This document shows, one piece after another, positions 18,468 through 29,006 of a stretch of 64,000 bases of DNA; within the stretch, counting starts at the first letter, position 1, and each line of letters starts with the position of its first letter. The notes beneath the pieces are model-generated. The model made no database searches. It had not been told where the DNA came from and saw only the letters and a program-made list of their open reading frames with translations. Position numbers and translations under genes: made by a program. The DNA lies in NCBI GenBank assembly GCA_030740765.1, contig JASLWR010000004.1:24873-88872 (forward strand). Direction: 5' to 3'. This DNA is from Thermoplasmatota archaeon. GTDB lineage: Archaea; Thermoplasmatota; Penumbrarchaeia; JASLWR01.

Positions 18468-21400
18468 ATGAGAAAAATAATGTTATTTACGGTTATTCTG
18501 TTGTTGATGGCGCCTCTCAATGTATTTTTTACAGCCCACCGTTCATCGTTTGTCTCTGACACCGGTTTCGGTTCCAATGACGGGAATAGCAAACTCCATG
18601 TACAAAGTGGAGGTAGAGATGCGACCGCGAATCCTTTTGATTCAGTATTTTTCGATGATTTTGAAAGCGGTTTCACGAATTGGACCCATTCGGGTGTCCA
18701 GATCAATCAGGAAGCCAATAATGAACTGAGCCCAGTGAACGCGGCCAACCTAGACGGCAATGGGGATACTCTTACTTCCAATGCCATTGATCTCCGGGGT
18801 TATGGGTTCGGCCATTTGGAATACGGGGTTCAACCCGGCGGAGGAAGTGATCCGCCAGAGGTGGGGGATGATCTGACAGCCTGGATGAACCTGCAAACCA
18901 TCGGCTGGCATAGGGTAAACATCAGCAAGGGAACCGGTAACCCAAGACCTGATTTCTTGACCGTGAACGTCGCGCTTCCCAAAACCGCTTTCCATGCGGG
19001 TTTTCAGATACGTTTTACCACTCCTGCAATTGAAGCAAATGCCGATGATTGGTATATTGATAACGTGCGTGTAAGCGCATCTGAGGGATCTAATTTATTT
19101 TTTGATGATTTCCCCCCAAATCCTCCCGACAATGCCAAATGGCCAGTATCACTGGGAACACCAGTGGTAAATACAAATGCCCAGGCCATTCCAAGCACGG
19201 GGAACTCTCTGAACCTGGATGGTTCCGGCGATACACTACAATCAGGGACCATCAATTTGGGGAGGGTGAGCGAGGCATATATATTTTATTTCTGGGAGCA
19301 GGGAGATGGAAGTAACGGCAACCGGGACGAACCGGAAAATATGGATAATCTCAAAATCGAATATTATATCGACGATCCGGCCCCTCTATGGTTAGAGGTG
19401 GAGGTTACATCACAGGAAAGAGGAGGCGACCCCGGCAGAGCGTTTTTCATGCTTTCCACTTTTTCGTTACCGTGGGACGCTCTTCATGACAATTTCAAAT
19501 TCAGATTACATACCCCTCAAGGAGATAATAATCTTGATGACTGGTTCATTGATGACATAGGATTGAATGCGGCACCCTCCTATTCCGTCCCTTTCGAGGA
19601 TAATTTTGATGACGGACAACTTGCCGCCGCGAAATGGCCCGGCGGGGACCGAAAAGGGTCACCCCAAGTAAACACCAGGGGCGCGAATGAACCCTCGCTG
19701 ACCTATTCTCTCAATCTGGATGGCAGCGGTGATACGGTTGTGTCAGAAAAAATCGACACGTCCTGGGCACCATGGGCCAGCCTTACGTACTGGTGGCAGC
19801 AAGGGGGAGGGGGGGACGAACCGGAAGCCAATGACGATCTCATCGTGGAGATAAACGTGAGCTCAGGGTGGCGTGTTCTCAAAAAACACCTGGGTGCAAC
19901 CGCAGGAACCAATACATTTACGATGGAGGAATTCGTTCTTCCCCAGGACGCAATTTACGACAAATTCAGGGTTAAGTTCAGCACCACCCAGGGCCAGAAC
20001 AGCAAGGATGACTGGTTTATCGATAACGTTAGCGTGAGAAAGGGGAAAGTAGAAAATCCTTCAGATAAGTTTCAGGATTTTTTCGAATCGGGGAACCTCC
20101 TATCGAACTGGGAAATATTGGAGGGTAATCCACAGATCAACGCGGACGGTCAAAATGAACCCTCGCCATCATCTTCTCTTAATCTCGACGGTGAAGGCGA
20201 CATGATTAGCAGCGGAGGGCTTAATCTAGGACAAGCTGCTACGGCTGTTCTCAGCTTCGATTGGCAGCAGAAAGGCGGGGGTGACGATCCGGAAAACGGG
20301 GACGATCTCTATGCAGACATACTTCTCATGAAGACGGGATGGTTTAACATCTTTCAAGCAAAGGGAGTGGACCAGGCCAATAACTTCTATACCAACTTCT
20401 CATTCGTGCTACCCCAGACTGCTCTCCACGGCAATTTTAAAGTCAGGTTCAGAGTAGGCTCCGCGGAAGGGGTAGGGAAGGACGATTGGTTCATCGACAA
20501 CGTATTGATAAAGGGTAAAGATGGCATGGGATTCAAAAGGGTGGGTATCTACAACGAGTATTCCAACAAGGAGAAGGAAGGAATCAACCCGGCGAAGGCA
20601 CTCAGTTCCCAGTTCACCGATTACAAACTGTACCTTTTCGATGACTACCGTTATGCAGCAGAAAATCTCAGCTCTCTTGATTTCTTCATCATCTGTGAAC
20701 AGGAAAGCCTGGCAGCAGGGAAGGCGGGGGACATTCATAACCACTGGAAGAATTCCATGGCGGATTTACTTAACTATACCGGAAGGGTAGTGGTGCTTGA
20801 CGGCGGGTCCGGAAATTCCAGACTTTTGGTGAGCTCATTTCTAAGCTCCACCGGTCATCAGAATATCCCGGGAAATCCCAACGTGGACAATGACATGCCA
20901 AATCATCCAATTTCCGTTGGAATTCCAAATATCTTCGCTGGCCCTTCGGAAGTGGCTCGTTTTACCGGCGTCAATGGGCGAGAGGTGATGACCGTGAACA
21001 ACAACCCGGTGGTTGTTGAGAAGAGATATGCACGGGGATCGGTGATGTTATTTGGTCTCGATTACTCCGAATGGAATTCGTTCACCGAGAAATTACTTTT
21101 CAATGCTTTAAACTGGTCTGTGATCAATAAGATCCAGGTCAACAAACCCACCATAGCAGAAAATGATGTGTATGCGGGTCTGCCGGTAATGGTCTCTGTG
21201 GATGTGAGCGATACCATCGGACCCGAAGATGTTAGCAAGATCACCTTGGAATTCAACGACACTGGCGTCAGTTTTGAATACGAAGATGGAAATGTAAATA
21301 AATTTGGCAATAATAATGGAACCGTTTCTCTGGATTCATGGCATACCGGAAAAAAAGTGGAGAACCTTACACTCAACCTTAACCTAACATTCGGGTGGGA

Positions 21401-24347
21401 CTTTCCGGTGGGGGTGCCCGTAGATGTCATGGTGAAAGGTTATGCGTCAATGGCCGATAATAATGAACACGAAAACGAAACCTTAGGTCTCTTTACCGTT
21501 AAGAACGAGGTTGCTTTCTTTGGAACGCCGGTGGCAAAAAACAGTACTGGGGACGTGATCCCCTCCGGTGGTTACTGCAAGGGGGGTGACGTGATCACTC
21601 TAACCGGTATAAAGGTTGTTTACAGTGGAACCGAGGACAAATACCCGCCTGACGAGCAATTTGACGTCAACGTCTGGGGTGATGGTGGTGACGACCATTG
21701 GGTGGACATGGTTTCATCTGGAGAGGAGATATCCATCGAAGCCACAATGCCTAATAGTGGTATGAATAATTATTCCTTCAAATTTAACCTGTCAGGTCCT
21801 GCCAGGGCTAATTCGGATCCGGTGGCGTTTTATTACGTGAAAATAGATAATGTCACGCCTCGTCTTTCGAATCCTTTCCCAGAAGAGGGGATGTGGTTTA
21901 ACAGCACCAATGTGAAGTGTAGTATCAATATCAACGACACCGAACAATCCGACGACCTGAGCGTGGTAAAATGCTCATACTCCATTGATGGCAACCAAAC
22001 CTGGTCCAATTGGGTGAATGTGGATTCGATCGTTGATGGTGTGGCGGAAAAGACCCTGACCCTTGCTCAGGGAAAGGTGAATCTCGTGAAGTGGAATGCC
22101 TGGGACCGTTTGGGTAATGGACCCATCGAGTTCGGCCCCACCCCCGTATGGATCGATAGCGAAGGTGTGGAGTTCAGTGATTTTGAACCTTTAGGCAAGA
22201 TCGAGGATCTTATGCCCACATGCACGATCAATGTCTCAGATAGCTTGTCAGGGGTCGGCGATCAGGTATGGGTGCGACAATCAACCAATGGTGGAAATAC
22301 ATGGGATGACTGGACTCAACCGGAAAAAACACCAAACGACGATGGATTCGGACTTTCATACCGAGCCACTTTGCAGGAAGGAAGTGGCAACCGCATCCAG
22401 TGGAAAGTTGAGGATGTCGCGGGAAATGTGAATACCAGCGAATTCAAAATAACCGTGGATACGGAGTTCACCATCCCCGAGGTGGAACTGACCTTTCCGG
22501 GGAACGGGACCAACACGAGTTTGAGGCCCAAGCTGGAGTGGAGCCTGGCCAAAGGGGGTGCAGGAGTGAACTTCAAACTGTTCCTTTCGCTAACGGCTGA
22601 TATAGATACCGATGCCGATACACCGAGAACCGAGACCGAGAACCTATCATATACATTTGACGAGGATATTGCCGATATGACCACCTATTACTGGTCGGTA
22701 ATTCCGGTCAAGGACAACGACGTGGGTATCTGTAAAAGCGGGGTCTGGTCATTTACGGCCATGGAGGGGACTCTACCCGAGCTAAAACTGCAATCACCAG
22801 GGGATTCGGACAAGGCAGAAATCCGTCCCACATTGAGATGGGATTTGACCAGGGCAAAGGAGGGCGTTAAGTATCGTGTCTATGTAAGCAATAACAGTGT
22901 TATCGATACAACAAACGTGTCAGGAGCGAAAAAGATCTTGGATGACAAATCGTATGAATTTGTGGAAGATCTGGTGGATGGCGAGACATATTACTGGATA
23001 GTGATTCCCTTTATTACGGAAGGGGGGATCGACTCTGATGGAAGTTGCCTAAGTGGGGTCTGGTCCTTTATTATAGATGCGAACTTCACCATAAAATGGG
23101 AATTTGATATTGCGGTGGAGCACGAAGCAAAGGATGCCGAGTTCGAGGTCGGGGATCACATGAACTTAACCGTAATAATAACGAATTTGGGTAATTCCCT
23201 CGACATTTACAACCTCTCCATCAGCGAAGATTGGAACTACACCGCTATAGGCTCCCTCGATGTAGCTGACAACGCTACCGGCGACATCAAAATATCAATA
23301 GTACTGCCGCTGGACATCACTCTTGGAAATCACACTTTGGTTATTACCGTTACGTCAACCGGCAATAACACAATAGAGACCGAAATGGTTTCATATGCAA
23401 TAATACAGCCTGGAGGGGTGAATCCTCATGATGACACGAACGAGACGGGAGGAGGTTTCTTTTCGGATATCCCCATGCTCTGGATCATTATCGCCATCGT
23501 GGTGCTCTTCCTGATCATCGTGATAATCGTGATCATCGTTAGAAGACGGAACGATGACTGGGATGACGACGAGGACGACGACGATTACGATGACGAATAC
23601 GACGAGGACGAAGATGAAGAAGAGGAGGATTTCGGTCGTATTCGTAAGGATGGAGCCTCACCCATGCTGGCAACTGGCGCCCAGATGGAACCGTGTACCA
23701 ACACCAACTGCCGTAAACCCATCCCGACAAACACTATGTTCTGCACACATTGCGGAGTGAAACAGGGCCAGCAAGCCGAGACTCCTACAACCGCTTCGAA
23801 GCCGGTTGAAACTGAGATAGAGATCGAGGACCTGGATGTGGAAGAGGATTCGGCCGTTACCCTGGATGAGCTTATGAACCGAGCTTCCCAGTTAATAGAC
23901 ACTCCCAAAAAGGAGGAGCCCGTAACGGAAACTGTTGACGAGCCGGATATAGAGGTCGTTGGCGAGGTAAAGGAAGATAAAGGACTTACTATCGATGATG
24001 TTACCTCCGTGGACCAGCTACTGGACATCATGGTAGTGGAGAGCGAGCCATTCGATGATGACGATGAAGACATTATCGAGGTCGTTGCCACCGCGCCCTT
24101 GGAGGAAGATGACGATGAAGCTTTACCATTACCCACGGTCTCCGCTGCCTCGCTTTACGAGGAGGACGACGACGAGGATCTGGCAGCACCCGAACCCATT
24201 CTTTCCATAGAGGATGTGATGATGGAGATCGCCGGGGAGCCTGACCTTGATGAACCCCCGGAACCGGATCGCGCACCTCCGGGCCTAGCGCCTCCGGCTC
24301 ATGCACCACCGGGTAATGCCCCGCCGCCTCCGCCTCCCCCGGAGTAG
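18468..24347 (+). CDS. Giant surface protein (1959 aa). Signal peptide, four tandem MAM-like ~150-aa repeats, ThuA/GATase1-like region, further beta-rich domains, one TM helix, poly-acidic stretch, Zn ribbon, acidic region, poly-proline C-terminus.
   Basis: Each repeat begins F(D/E)DxFExG and ends DDW(Y/F)IDN(V/I), with LNLDGSGDT in between. TM segment MLWIIIAIVVLFLIIVIIVIIV. Acidic stretch RRRNDDWDDDEDDDDYDDEYDEDEDEEEED. Zn ribbon CTNTNCRKPIPTNTMFCTHCG. C-terminus PPGNAPPPPPPPE. SD-like aggtgg lies 10 nt upstream. Confidence 0.85.
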   Translation: MRKIMLFTVILLLMAPLNVFFTAHRSSFVSDTGFGSNDGNSKLHVQSGGRDATANPFDSVFFDDFESGFTNWTHSGVQINQEANNELSPVNAANLDGNGDTLTSNAIDLRGYGFGHLEYGVQPGGGSDPPEVGDDLTAWMNLQTIGWHRVNISKGTGNPRPDFLTVNVALPKTAFHAGFQIRFTTPAIEANADDWYIDNVRVSASEGSNLFFDDFPPNPPDNAKWPVSLGTPVVNTNAQAIPSTGNSLNLDGSGDTLQSGTINLGRVSEAYIFYFWEQGDGSNGNRDEPENMDNLKIEYYIDDPAPLWLEVEVTSQERGGDPGRAFFMLSTFSLPWDALHDNFKFRLHTPQGDNNLDDWFIDDIGLNAAPSYSVPFEDNFDDGQLAAAKWPGGDRKGSPQVNTRGANEPSLTYSLNLDGSGDTVVSEKIDTSWAPWASLTYWWQQGGGGDEPEANDDLIVEINVSSGWRVLKKHLGATAGTNTFTMEEFVLPQDAIYDKFRVKFSTTQGQNSKDDWFIDNVSVRKGKVENPSDKFQDFFESGNLLSNWEILEGNPQINADGQNEPSPSSSLNLDGEGDMISSGGLNLGQAATAVLSFDWQQKGGGDDPENGDDLYADILLMKTGWFNIFQAKGVDQANNFYTNFSFVLPQTALHGNFKVRFRVGSAEGVGKDDWFIDNVLIKGKDGMGFKRVGIYNEYSNKEKEGINPAKALSSQFTDYKLYLFDDYRYAAENLSSLDFFIICEQESLAAGKAGDIHNHWKNSMADLLNYTGRVVVLDGGSGNSRLLVSSFLSSTGHQNIPGNPNVDNDMPNHPISVGIPNIFAGPSEVARFTGVNGREVMTVNNNPVVVEKRYARGSVMLFGLDYSEWNSFTEKLLFNALNWSVINKIQVNKPTIAENDVYAGLPVMVSVDVSDTIGPEDVSKITLEFNDTGVSFEYEDGNVNKFGNNNGTVSLDSWHTGKKVENLTLNLNLTFGWDFPVGVPVDVMVKGYASMADNNEHENETLGLFTVKNEVAFFGTPVAKNSTGDVIPSGGYCKGGDVITLTGIKVVYSGTEDKYPPDEQFDVNVWGDGGDDHWVDMVSSGEEISIEATMPNSGMNNYSFKFNLSGPARANSDPVAFYYVKIDNVTPRLSNPFPEEGMWFNSTNVKCSININDTEQSDDLSVVKCSYSIDGNQTWSNWVNVDSIVDGVAEKTLTLAQGKVNLVKWNAWDRLGNGPIEFGPTPVWIDSEGVEFSDFEPLGKIEDLMPTCTINVSDSLSGVGDQVWVRQSTNGGNTWDDWTQPEKTPNDDGFGLSYRATLQEGSGNRIQWKVEDVAGNVNTSEFKITVDTEFTIPEVELTFPGNGTNTSLRPKLEWSLAKGGAGVNFKLFLSLTADIDTDADTPRTETENLSYTFDEDIADMTTYYWSVIPVKDNDVGICKSGVWSFTAMEGTLPELKLQSPGDSDKAEIRPTLRWDLTRAKEGVKYRVYVSNNSVIDTTNVSGAKKILDDKSYEFVEDLVDGETYYWIVIPFITEGGIDSDGSCLSGVWSFIIDANFTIKWEFDIAVEHEAKDAEFEVGDHMNLTVIITNLGNSLDIYNLSISEDWNYTAIGSLDVADNATGDIKISIVLPLDITLGNHTLVITVTSTGNNTIETEMVSYAIIQPGGVNPHDDTNETGGGFFSDIPMLWIIIAIVVLFLIIVIIVIIVRRRNDDWDDDEDDDDYDDEYDEDEDEEEEDFGRIRKDGASPMLATGAQMEPCTNTNCRKPIPTNTMFCTHCGVKQGQQAETPTTASKPVETEIEIEDLDVEEDSAVTLDELMNRASQLIDTPKKEEPVTETVDEPDIEVVGEVKEDKGLTIDDVTSVDQLLDIMVVESEPFDDDDEDIIEVVATAPLEEDDDEALPLPTVSAASLYEEDDDEDLAAPEPILSIEDVMMEIAGEPDLDEPPEPDRAPPGLAPPAHAPPGNAPPPPPPPE

Positions 24348-25096
24348 AAAATTATCCGACTTTTTTCCAAGCCGTACGGCTAAGTTGTGTAAAGTAAAAT
24401 AATATTTATTTCGGGTGGATACGGTCTTCGTTTTGGCCCCTGCTCTAATAGTTGTGTAGACACAATTTTAGAAAATCCTTAATATTACAAAATCCTTAAT
24501 TATTATATCCCCCATTTCTCTGGTGTTCCCGCCTGCGTGAATTTGGGAACCCTTCTTTGATATTGTCAATGGTGCAAATCTCGACGACCCTAATGGCTCG
24601 TCTGACTTGCCCGCTCCTGATGTATGGTACATACATCTGTATTTGCGGGGTACTGTGACACCAGTAGGTATCACTGTATTTGCAGGGACGTAACCCTGCA
24701 AACCGTTTCCCCGCAAACGGGGTGCGGTCAAGTTTCGAAAATAATTCGAAGCCTTTCGAGTAACGATTTGACGAGTCACGCCTCGGCAAATCCAGGCGTG
24801 TCGTAAGATAGGCCAGGACTCGAAAGGACCAGATGCATCTCTGATGCATAAGGGTTTGCAGCTTGACAATCCTTGACGACCCTGACGGCTCGTCTGGCAT
24901 GACAGGGCGTTACCTGTCATGTTTCGCGGGATCGCGGGCCAGTAGATCTCCGGAGGAAATCGATGGCTCAGCAATGCCCAAAGGGTATTGCGTAGCCTGA
25001 CCGCACACTTGCGGGCAGGGATAGGAACATCTCTGATGTTTCAAGACGAAGTGGGAGCCCGAAGGGCCGATTCCGCTTCATCTAATAATAATCAAG

Positions 25097-26656
25097 GTGA
25101 ATGTTTTGTCCATGGAAGAGAAGATCGAGGAGCTAAGGAGAAAGAAAGAGGAAATGAAGCTGGGTGGCGGTAAGGAGCGTATTGTTCAACAGCACAAAAA
25201 GGGTAAATTAACGGCAAGGGAAAGGATCGATCTATTGTTGGATAACGGCAGTTTCATAGAGATGGATGCATTCGCGCTTCATCATTGCACGGATTTCGGT
25301 ATGGAAAAGAAACGCGTGCTTGGAGATGGTGTGGTAACAGGTTACGGCAACATCGACGGACGGCTGGTTTATGTATTTTCACAGGACTTCACGGTATTCG
25401 GCGGTTCACTGGGTTGGAAATTTGCCGAAAAGATCTGCAAGGTCATGGATATGGCCATGAAGAACGGCGCACCTGTGATCGGCCTTAATGATTCGGGTGG
25501 TGCCCGGATCCAGGAAGGAGTAATATCGCTGGGCGGTTATGCCGAGATATTTTTCAGAAATGTCATGGCGTCCGGAGTGATCCCTCAGATCTCCGCAGTA
25601 ATGGGACCATGCGCGGGAGGGGCGGTCTATTCACCCGCCATAACGGATTTTATCTTCATGGTGAAGGAAACCAGTCACATGTTCATAACCGGTCCCAACG
25701 TAATAAAGGCTGTTACCGGGGAGAAGGTCAGTTTCGAGCAGCTTGGGGGAGCCATGGCCCACAACGAGAAGAGCGGCGTCGCGCACTTTGCGGCCGAGAA
25801 CGAGGAGAACTGCATCGAATACATAAAGACCCTTTTTTCCTTTCTTCCGTCGAATAACATGGACGATCCACCTCGAGTAATGGTCGGTGACGATCCGAAC
25901 CGGATGGACACGGAACTGCTGAAGATAATTCCGGACGAGTCTGACAAACCCTATGACATGAAAGACATAATCCGCCGAGTGGTGGACAACGATGAATTTC
26001 TTGAGGTACATAAGCATTGGGCAATGAATATAATAGTGGGTTTTGCAAGACTCGACGGCTACTCAGTTGGTATTATCGGTAACCAGCCGAATGTTCTGGC
26101 CGGTACTCTCGATATAAATTCCTCGACGAAGGCTGCGCGATTCGTCAGGTTCTGTGATGCTTTCAACATTCCCCTCTTGACCTTCGAGGACGTTCCGGGT
26201 TTCCTTCCAGGCACTTCCCAGGAATACGGCGGAATAATCCGAAACGGGGCCAAATTATTATATGCATACAGCGAGGCCACTGTTCCAAAGATGACCGTTA
26301 TAACCCGAAAGGCATACGGTGGGGCCTATGACGTTATGTGCTCGAAACACATACGGGCGGATATAAACTTTGCATGGCCATCGGCAGAGCTTGCGGTAAT
26401 GGGCCCGGGCGGTGCGGTAAACATAATATTCAGAAAGGAAATTCAGGCGGCCGAGGACCCAGAAAGAAGGACTGATGAACTAGTCGCCCAGTACCGTGAA
26501 AAATTCGCCAATCCCTATATTGCAGCCGAGATGGGTTACATTGATGACATAATCGAGCCTCAGGAGACCAGACCCCGGATAATAAACGCTTTAAAGACCC
26601 TGTTGAACAAAAGGGAATCCCGCCCGGCAAAGAAACACGGAAATATACCTTTGTGA
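25097..26656 (+). CDS. pccB: Acyl-CoA (propionyl/acetyl-CoA) carboxylase, carboxyltransferase subunit
   Basis: N-terminal [39 protein letters not shown]. Carboxyltransferase domains throughout ([22 protein letters not shown]). 519 aa. Confidence 0.9.
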   Translation: MNVLSMEEKIEELRRKKEEMKLGGGKERIVQQHKKGKLTARERIDLLLDNGSFIEMDAFALHHCTDFGMEKKRVLGDGVVTGYGNIDGRLVYVFSQDFTVFGGSLGWKFAEKICKVMDMAMKNGAPVIGLNDSGGARIQEGVISLGGYAEIFFRNVMASGVIPQISAVMGPCAGGAVYSPAITDFIFMVKETSHMFITGPNVIKAVTGEKVSFEQLGGAMAHNEKSGVAHFAAENEENCIEYIKTLFSFLPSNNMDDPPRVMVGDDPNRMDTELLKIIPDESDKPYDMKDIIRRVVDNDEFLEVHKHWAMNIIVGFARLDGYSVGIIGNQPNVLAGTLDINSSTKAARFVRFCDAFNIPLLTFEDVPGFLPGTSQEYGGIIRNGAKLLYAYSEATVPKMTVITRKAYGGAYDVMCSKHIRADINFAWPSAELAVMGPGGAVNIIFRKEIQAAEDPERRTDELVAQYREKFANPYIAAEMGYIDDIIEPQETRPRIINALKTLLNKRESRPAKKHGNIPL

Positions 26657-26660
26657 TCAC

Positions 26661-28196
26661 ATGTTCCGGAAAATACTGGTGGCCAATCGAGGGGAGATCG
26701 CTCTCCGGGTCATGAGGACTTGCAGGGAAATGGGTATCTCCACCGTTGGAATTTACTCCGATATCGACGCGTATGCTCTTCATGCGAGGTATGCCGACGA
26801 ATCATACAGGGTCGGTGAAAACCCGTCTAGAAAAAGTTACCTGGATGCCGACAGGATCATCGAAGTTGCAAAAGAGACCGGTTCGGATGCAATTCATCCC
26901 GGTTATGGCTTTCTCGCGGAAAATGCCGATTTTGCCCGGAAATGCGAAACGAATGACATTATTTTCATCGGGCCGTATTCCGATTCAATGGCGAAGGTTG
27001 GAGATAAGATCGCCTCGCGTCGATTGGCTAAGAAGGCAGGGATACCCATAACTTCCGGGAGCGATGGTGCCGTAGACGAGAACAATGCCATGGAAATTGC
27101 CCGTGAAATCGGCTATCCTGTGATACTGAAATCCTCGGCTGGTGGAGGCGGGATAAGCATGGGAGTGGTGGAGGAGCCCGGGGACCTGATAAATAAACTC
27201 GATATCGCCCGTTCATCATCGTTATCGTCCTTTGGTGACCCGAATATATTCATTGAAAAATATCTCCTGAGGCCGAGGCATATCGAATTTCAGATTCTGG
27301 CGGATAAACACGGCAATATCATACACCTGGGTGAGCGGGAATGCTCGATCCAGCGAAGATTCCAGAAGTTGATAGAAGAAGCTCCAAGTGTTGTTGTGGA
27401 TGAAGAGACTCGAAATCTTATTGGGGAACGGTCGGTGGAAATTGCGAGATTGGCGGGCTATGTGAACGCGGGGACCATTGAATTTCTGTACCAGGACGGG
27501 GAATTCTTTTTCAATGAGGTCAATGCCAGGTTGCAGGTTGAGCATCCCATCACGGAGCTTGTGACCGGTGTGGATCTTGTAAAGGAGCAAATTCGTATTG
27601 CCCATGGGGCCGAACTGGGGTTTTCACAGAGCGACATTAAATGTAGGGGATGGGCCATGGAATGCAGGATCAACGCAGAGGATCCGTACAATAACTTCAT
27701 CCCTTCCCCTGGAAAGGTTACAGGCTACGTAGCTCCTGGCTCTATTGGGGTCCGTGTCGATTCGGGTATTGTGTCTGGCTCCCTGATCCCAACGTTTTAC
27801 GATTCTCTCTTCGCCAAGGTCGTGGTTCACGCGGATACCAGGGCCTCAGTGGTGGAAAGAATGGGCAGGGCATTGAGAGAGATGAGGGTAGAGGGGATCG
27901 ATACGAACATTCCGTTCCATTTGCATGTGATGGACGACGTATGCTTCAAGGAGGGAGACTTCGATACGAACTTCATCGTTAAAAGAGAAATAATTAAAGG
28001 CCTTTGCCGGGAAGGGGAAGAGCTTAGGCGCGAAATGAATAGAAGGGCTGCGGCGGTTTCGGTTGCCCTTGCCATGTCAAAGGGGCAAATGTCAAAATTT
28101 CATCGGATCGATAATGAAACGAGGTCGCATGATGCTGTCAGCAAATGGAAAATGGCGGGTAGGCTGGAGCGGCTTGGTAGGGGTTTGTCCTCATGA
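26661..28196 (+). CDS. accC: Biotin carboxylase subunit with ~60-aa C-terminal extension
   Basis: MFRKILVANRGEIALRVMRTCREMGI; ATP-grasp and BC motifs (EMNARLQVEHPITE). Confidence 0.9.
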   Translation: MFRKILVANRGEIALRVMRTCREMGISTVGIYSDIDAYALHARYADESYRVGENPSRKSYLDADRIIEVAKETGSDAIHPGYGFLAENADFARKCETNDIIFIGPYSDSMAKVGDKIASRRLAKKAGIPITSGSDGAVDENNAMEIAREIGYPVILKSSAGGGGISMGVVEEPGDLINKLDIARSSSLSSFGDPNIFIEKYLLRPRHIEFQILADKHGNIIHLGERECSIQRRFQKLIEEAPSVVVDEETRNLIGERSVEIARLAGYVNAGTIEFLYQDGEFFFNEVNARLQVEHPITELVTGVDLVKEQIRIAHGAELGFSQSDIKCRGWAMECRINAEDPYNNFIPSPGKVTGYVAPGSIGVRVDSGIVSGSLIPTFYDSLFAKVVVHADTRASVVERMGRALREMRVEGIDTNIPFHLHVMDDVCFKEGDFDTNFIVKREIIKGLCREGEELRREMNRRAAAVSVALAMSKGQMSKFHRIDNETRSHDAVSKWKMAGRLERLGRGLSS

Positions 28197-28723
28197 AATT
28201 CGACCTGTTATTGGACGGAAAAACTTACGAAGTCGAACTGAATATCGGGAAAACCGTTGTTGTAAAACTTGATGGTGTCACTTATAAAGCGGAATTGGAC
28301 CGTACTGAAAAAGATATTTATATATTACTGAACGGAACTAAATCTCACGTGCGGTTTACCGGATCGCACGTATCGGTGGACGGCCATAGACACATGGTAG
28401 AAGTGAAAAATCTTAGGAGGGGGATGCCCCACTGGTCTAATACCTTGAAAGAAGTTGAAGAAGATGCTACCCACAGCTCTTCATTGGAAGAACCCAGGGG
28501 AGAAGGAGTTGTTTACCCGCCCATGCCCGGTAGAGTAATTGCCATAAACGTCAGTGAAGGCGATCGGGTCAATATCGGCTCGCCAATTCTGATACTCGAA
28601 GCCATGAAGATGCAAAATGAACTTTGCTCGAAATGGAACGGGGAGGTGCGGGAGATAAAGGTCACAGTGGGCGATATGGTAGAATCGGGGGATGTATTGA
28701 TGGTTATAGGGAACAAACATTAA
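28193..28723 (+). CDS. Biotin carboxyl carrier protein (biotinyl-lysine motif EAMKM)
   Basis: C-terminal ILILEAMKMQNEL...GDVLMVI; overlaps accC by 4 nt, which fits operon organisation. Confidence 0.85.
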   Translation: MKFDLLLDGKTYEVELNIGKTVVVKLDGVTYKAELDRTEKDIYILLNGTKSHVRFTGSHVSVDGHRHMVEVKNLRRGMPHWSNTLKEVEEDATHSSSLEEPRGEGVVYPPMPGRVIAINVSEGDRVNIGSPILILEAMKMQNELCSKWNGEVREIKVTVGDMVESGDVLMVIGNKH

Positions 28724-29006
28724 TATGTAAGGCCGATTATCAATCCCAACTATCTATCCATCCCTCTTCACCTTCCTCATATCCTTCTAGTTCTTTCATT
28801 TCGTTCTCCCTTTTCTCCCCGTACATCCTCCGGGCGATCTTCATGATGTCGACGATCTTCTATTCAGCAATAGAGGAGATAAGTTCTCACCGAGGTCTTT
28901 ATTCAGCAAACCAACCTTTACTGAATATCTTTCCATTCAAAATATTTGTTCGAAAAAACTCAAAAATAATACCATTGCTTTTCTGAACAAATAAACACCC
29001 TTACAT

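Noticed and set aside
23585-24136. Minus-strand 183-aa ORF rich in Ser (SSSSSS...) inside the 1959-aa gene.
   Set aside because: Antisense reading of the acidic D/E-rich coding region (GAx codons read as xTC, giving Ser). An artefact.
24468-24974. Overlapping minus-strand ORFs of 168 and 134 aa in the intergenic region upstream of pccB.
   Set aside because: Two overlapping frames open by chance in a repeat/hairpin-rich region. The sequence is Arg/Ser/Pro-rich with no domain. Better explained as structured non-coding DNA.
24940-25096. Possible RNase P RNA 5' conserved box (ggaggaaatcgatggctc resembles GAGGAAAGUCCGGGCUC).
   Set aside because: Only ~150 nt remain before the well-supported pccB start. 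No P4 3' strand or GGUGCGGUAAG motif is in the right place. The orientation and length do not fit.
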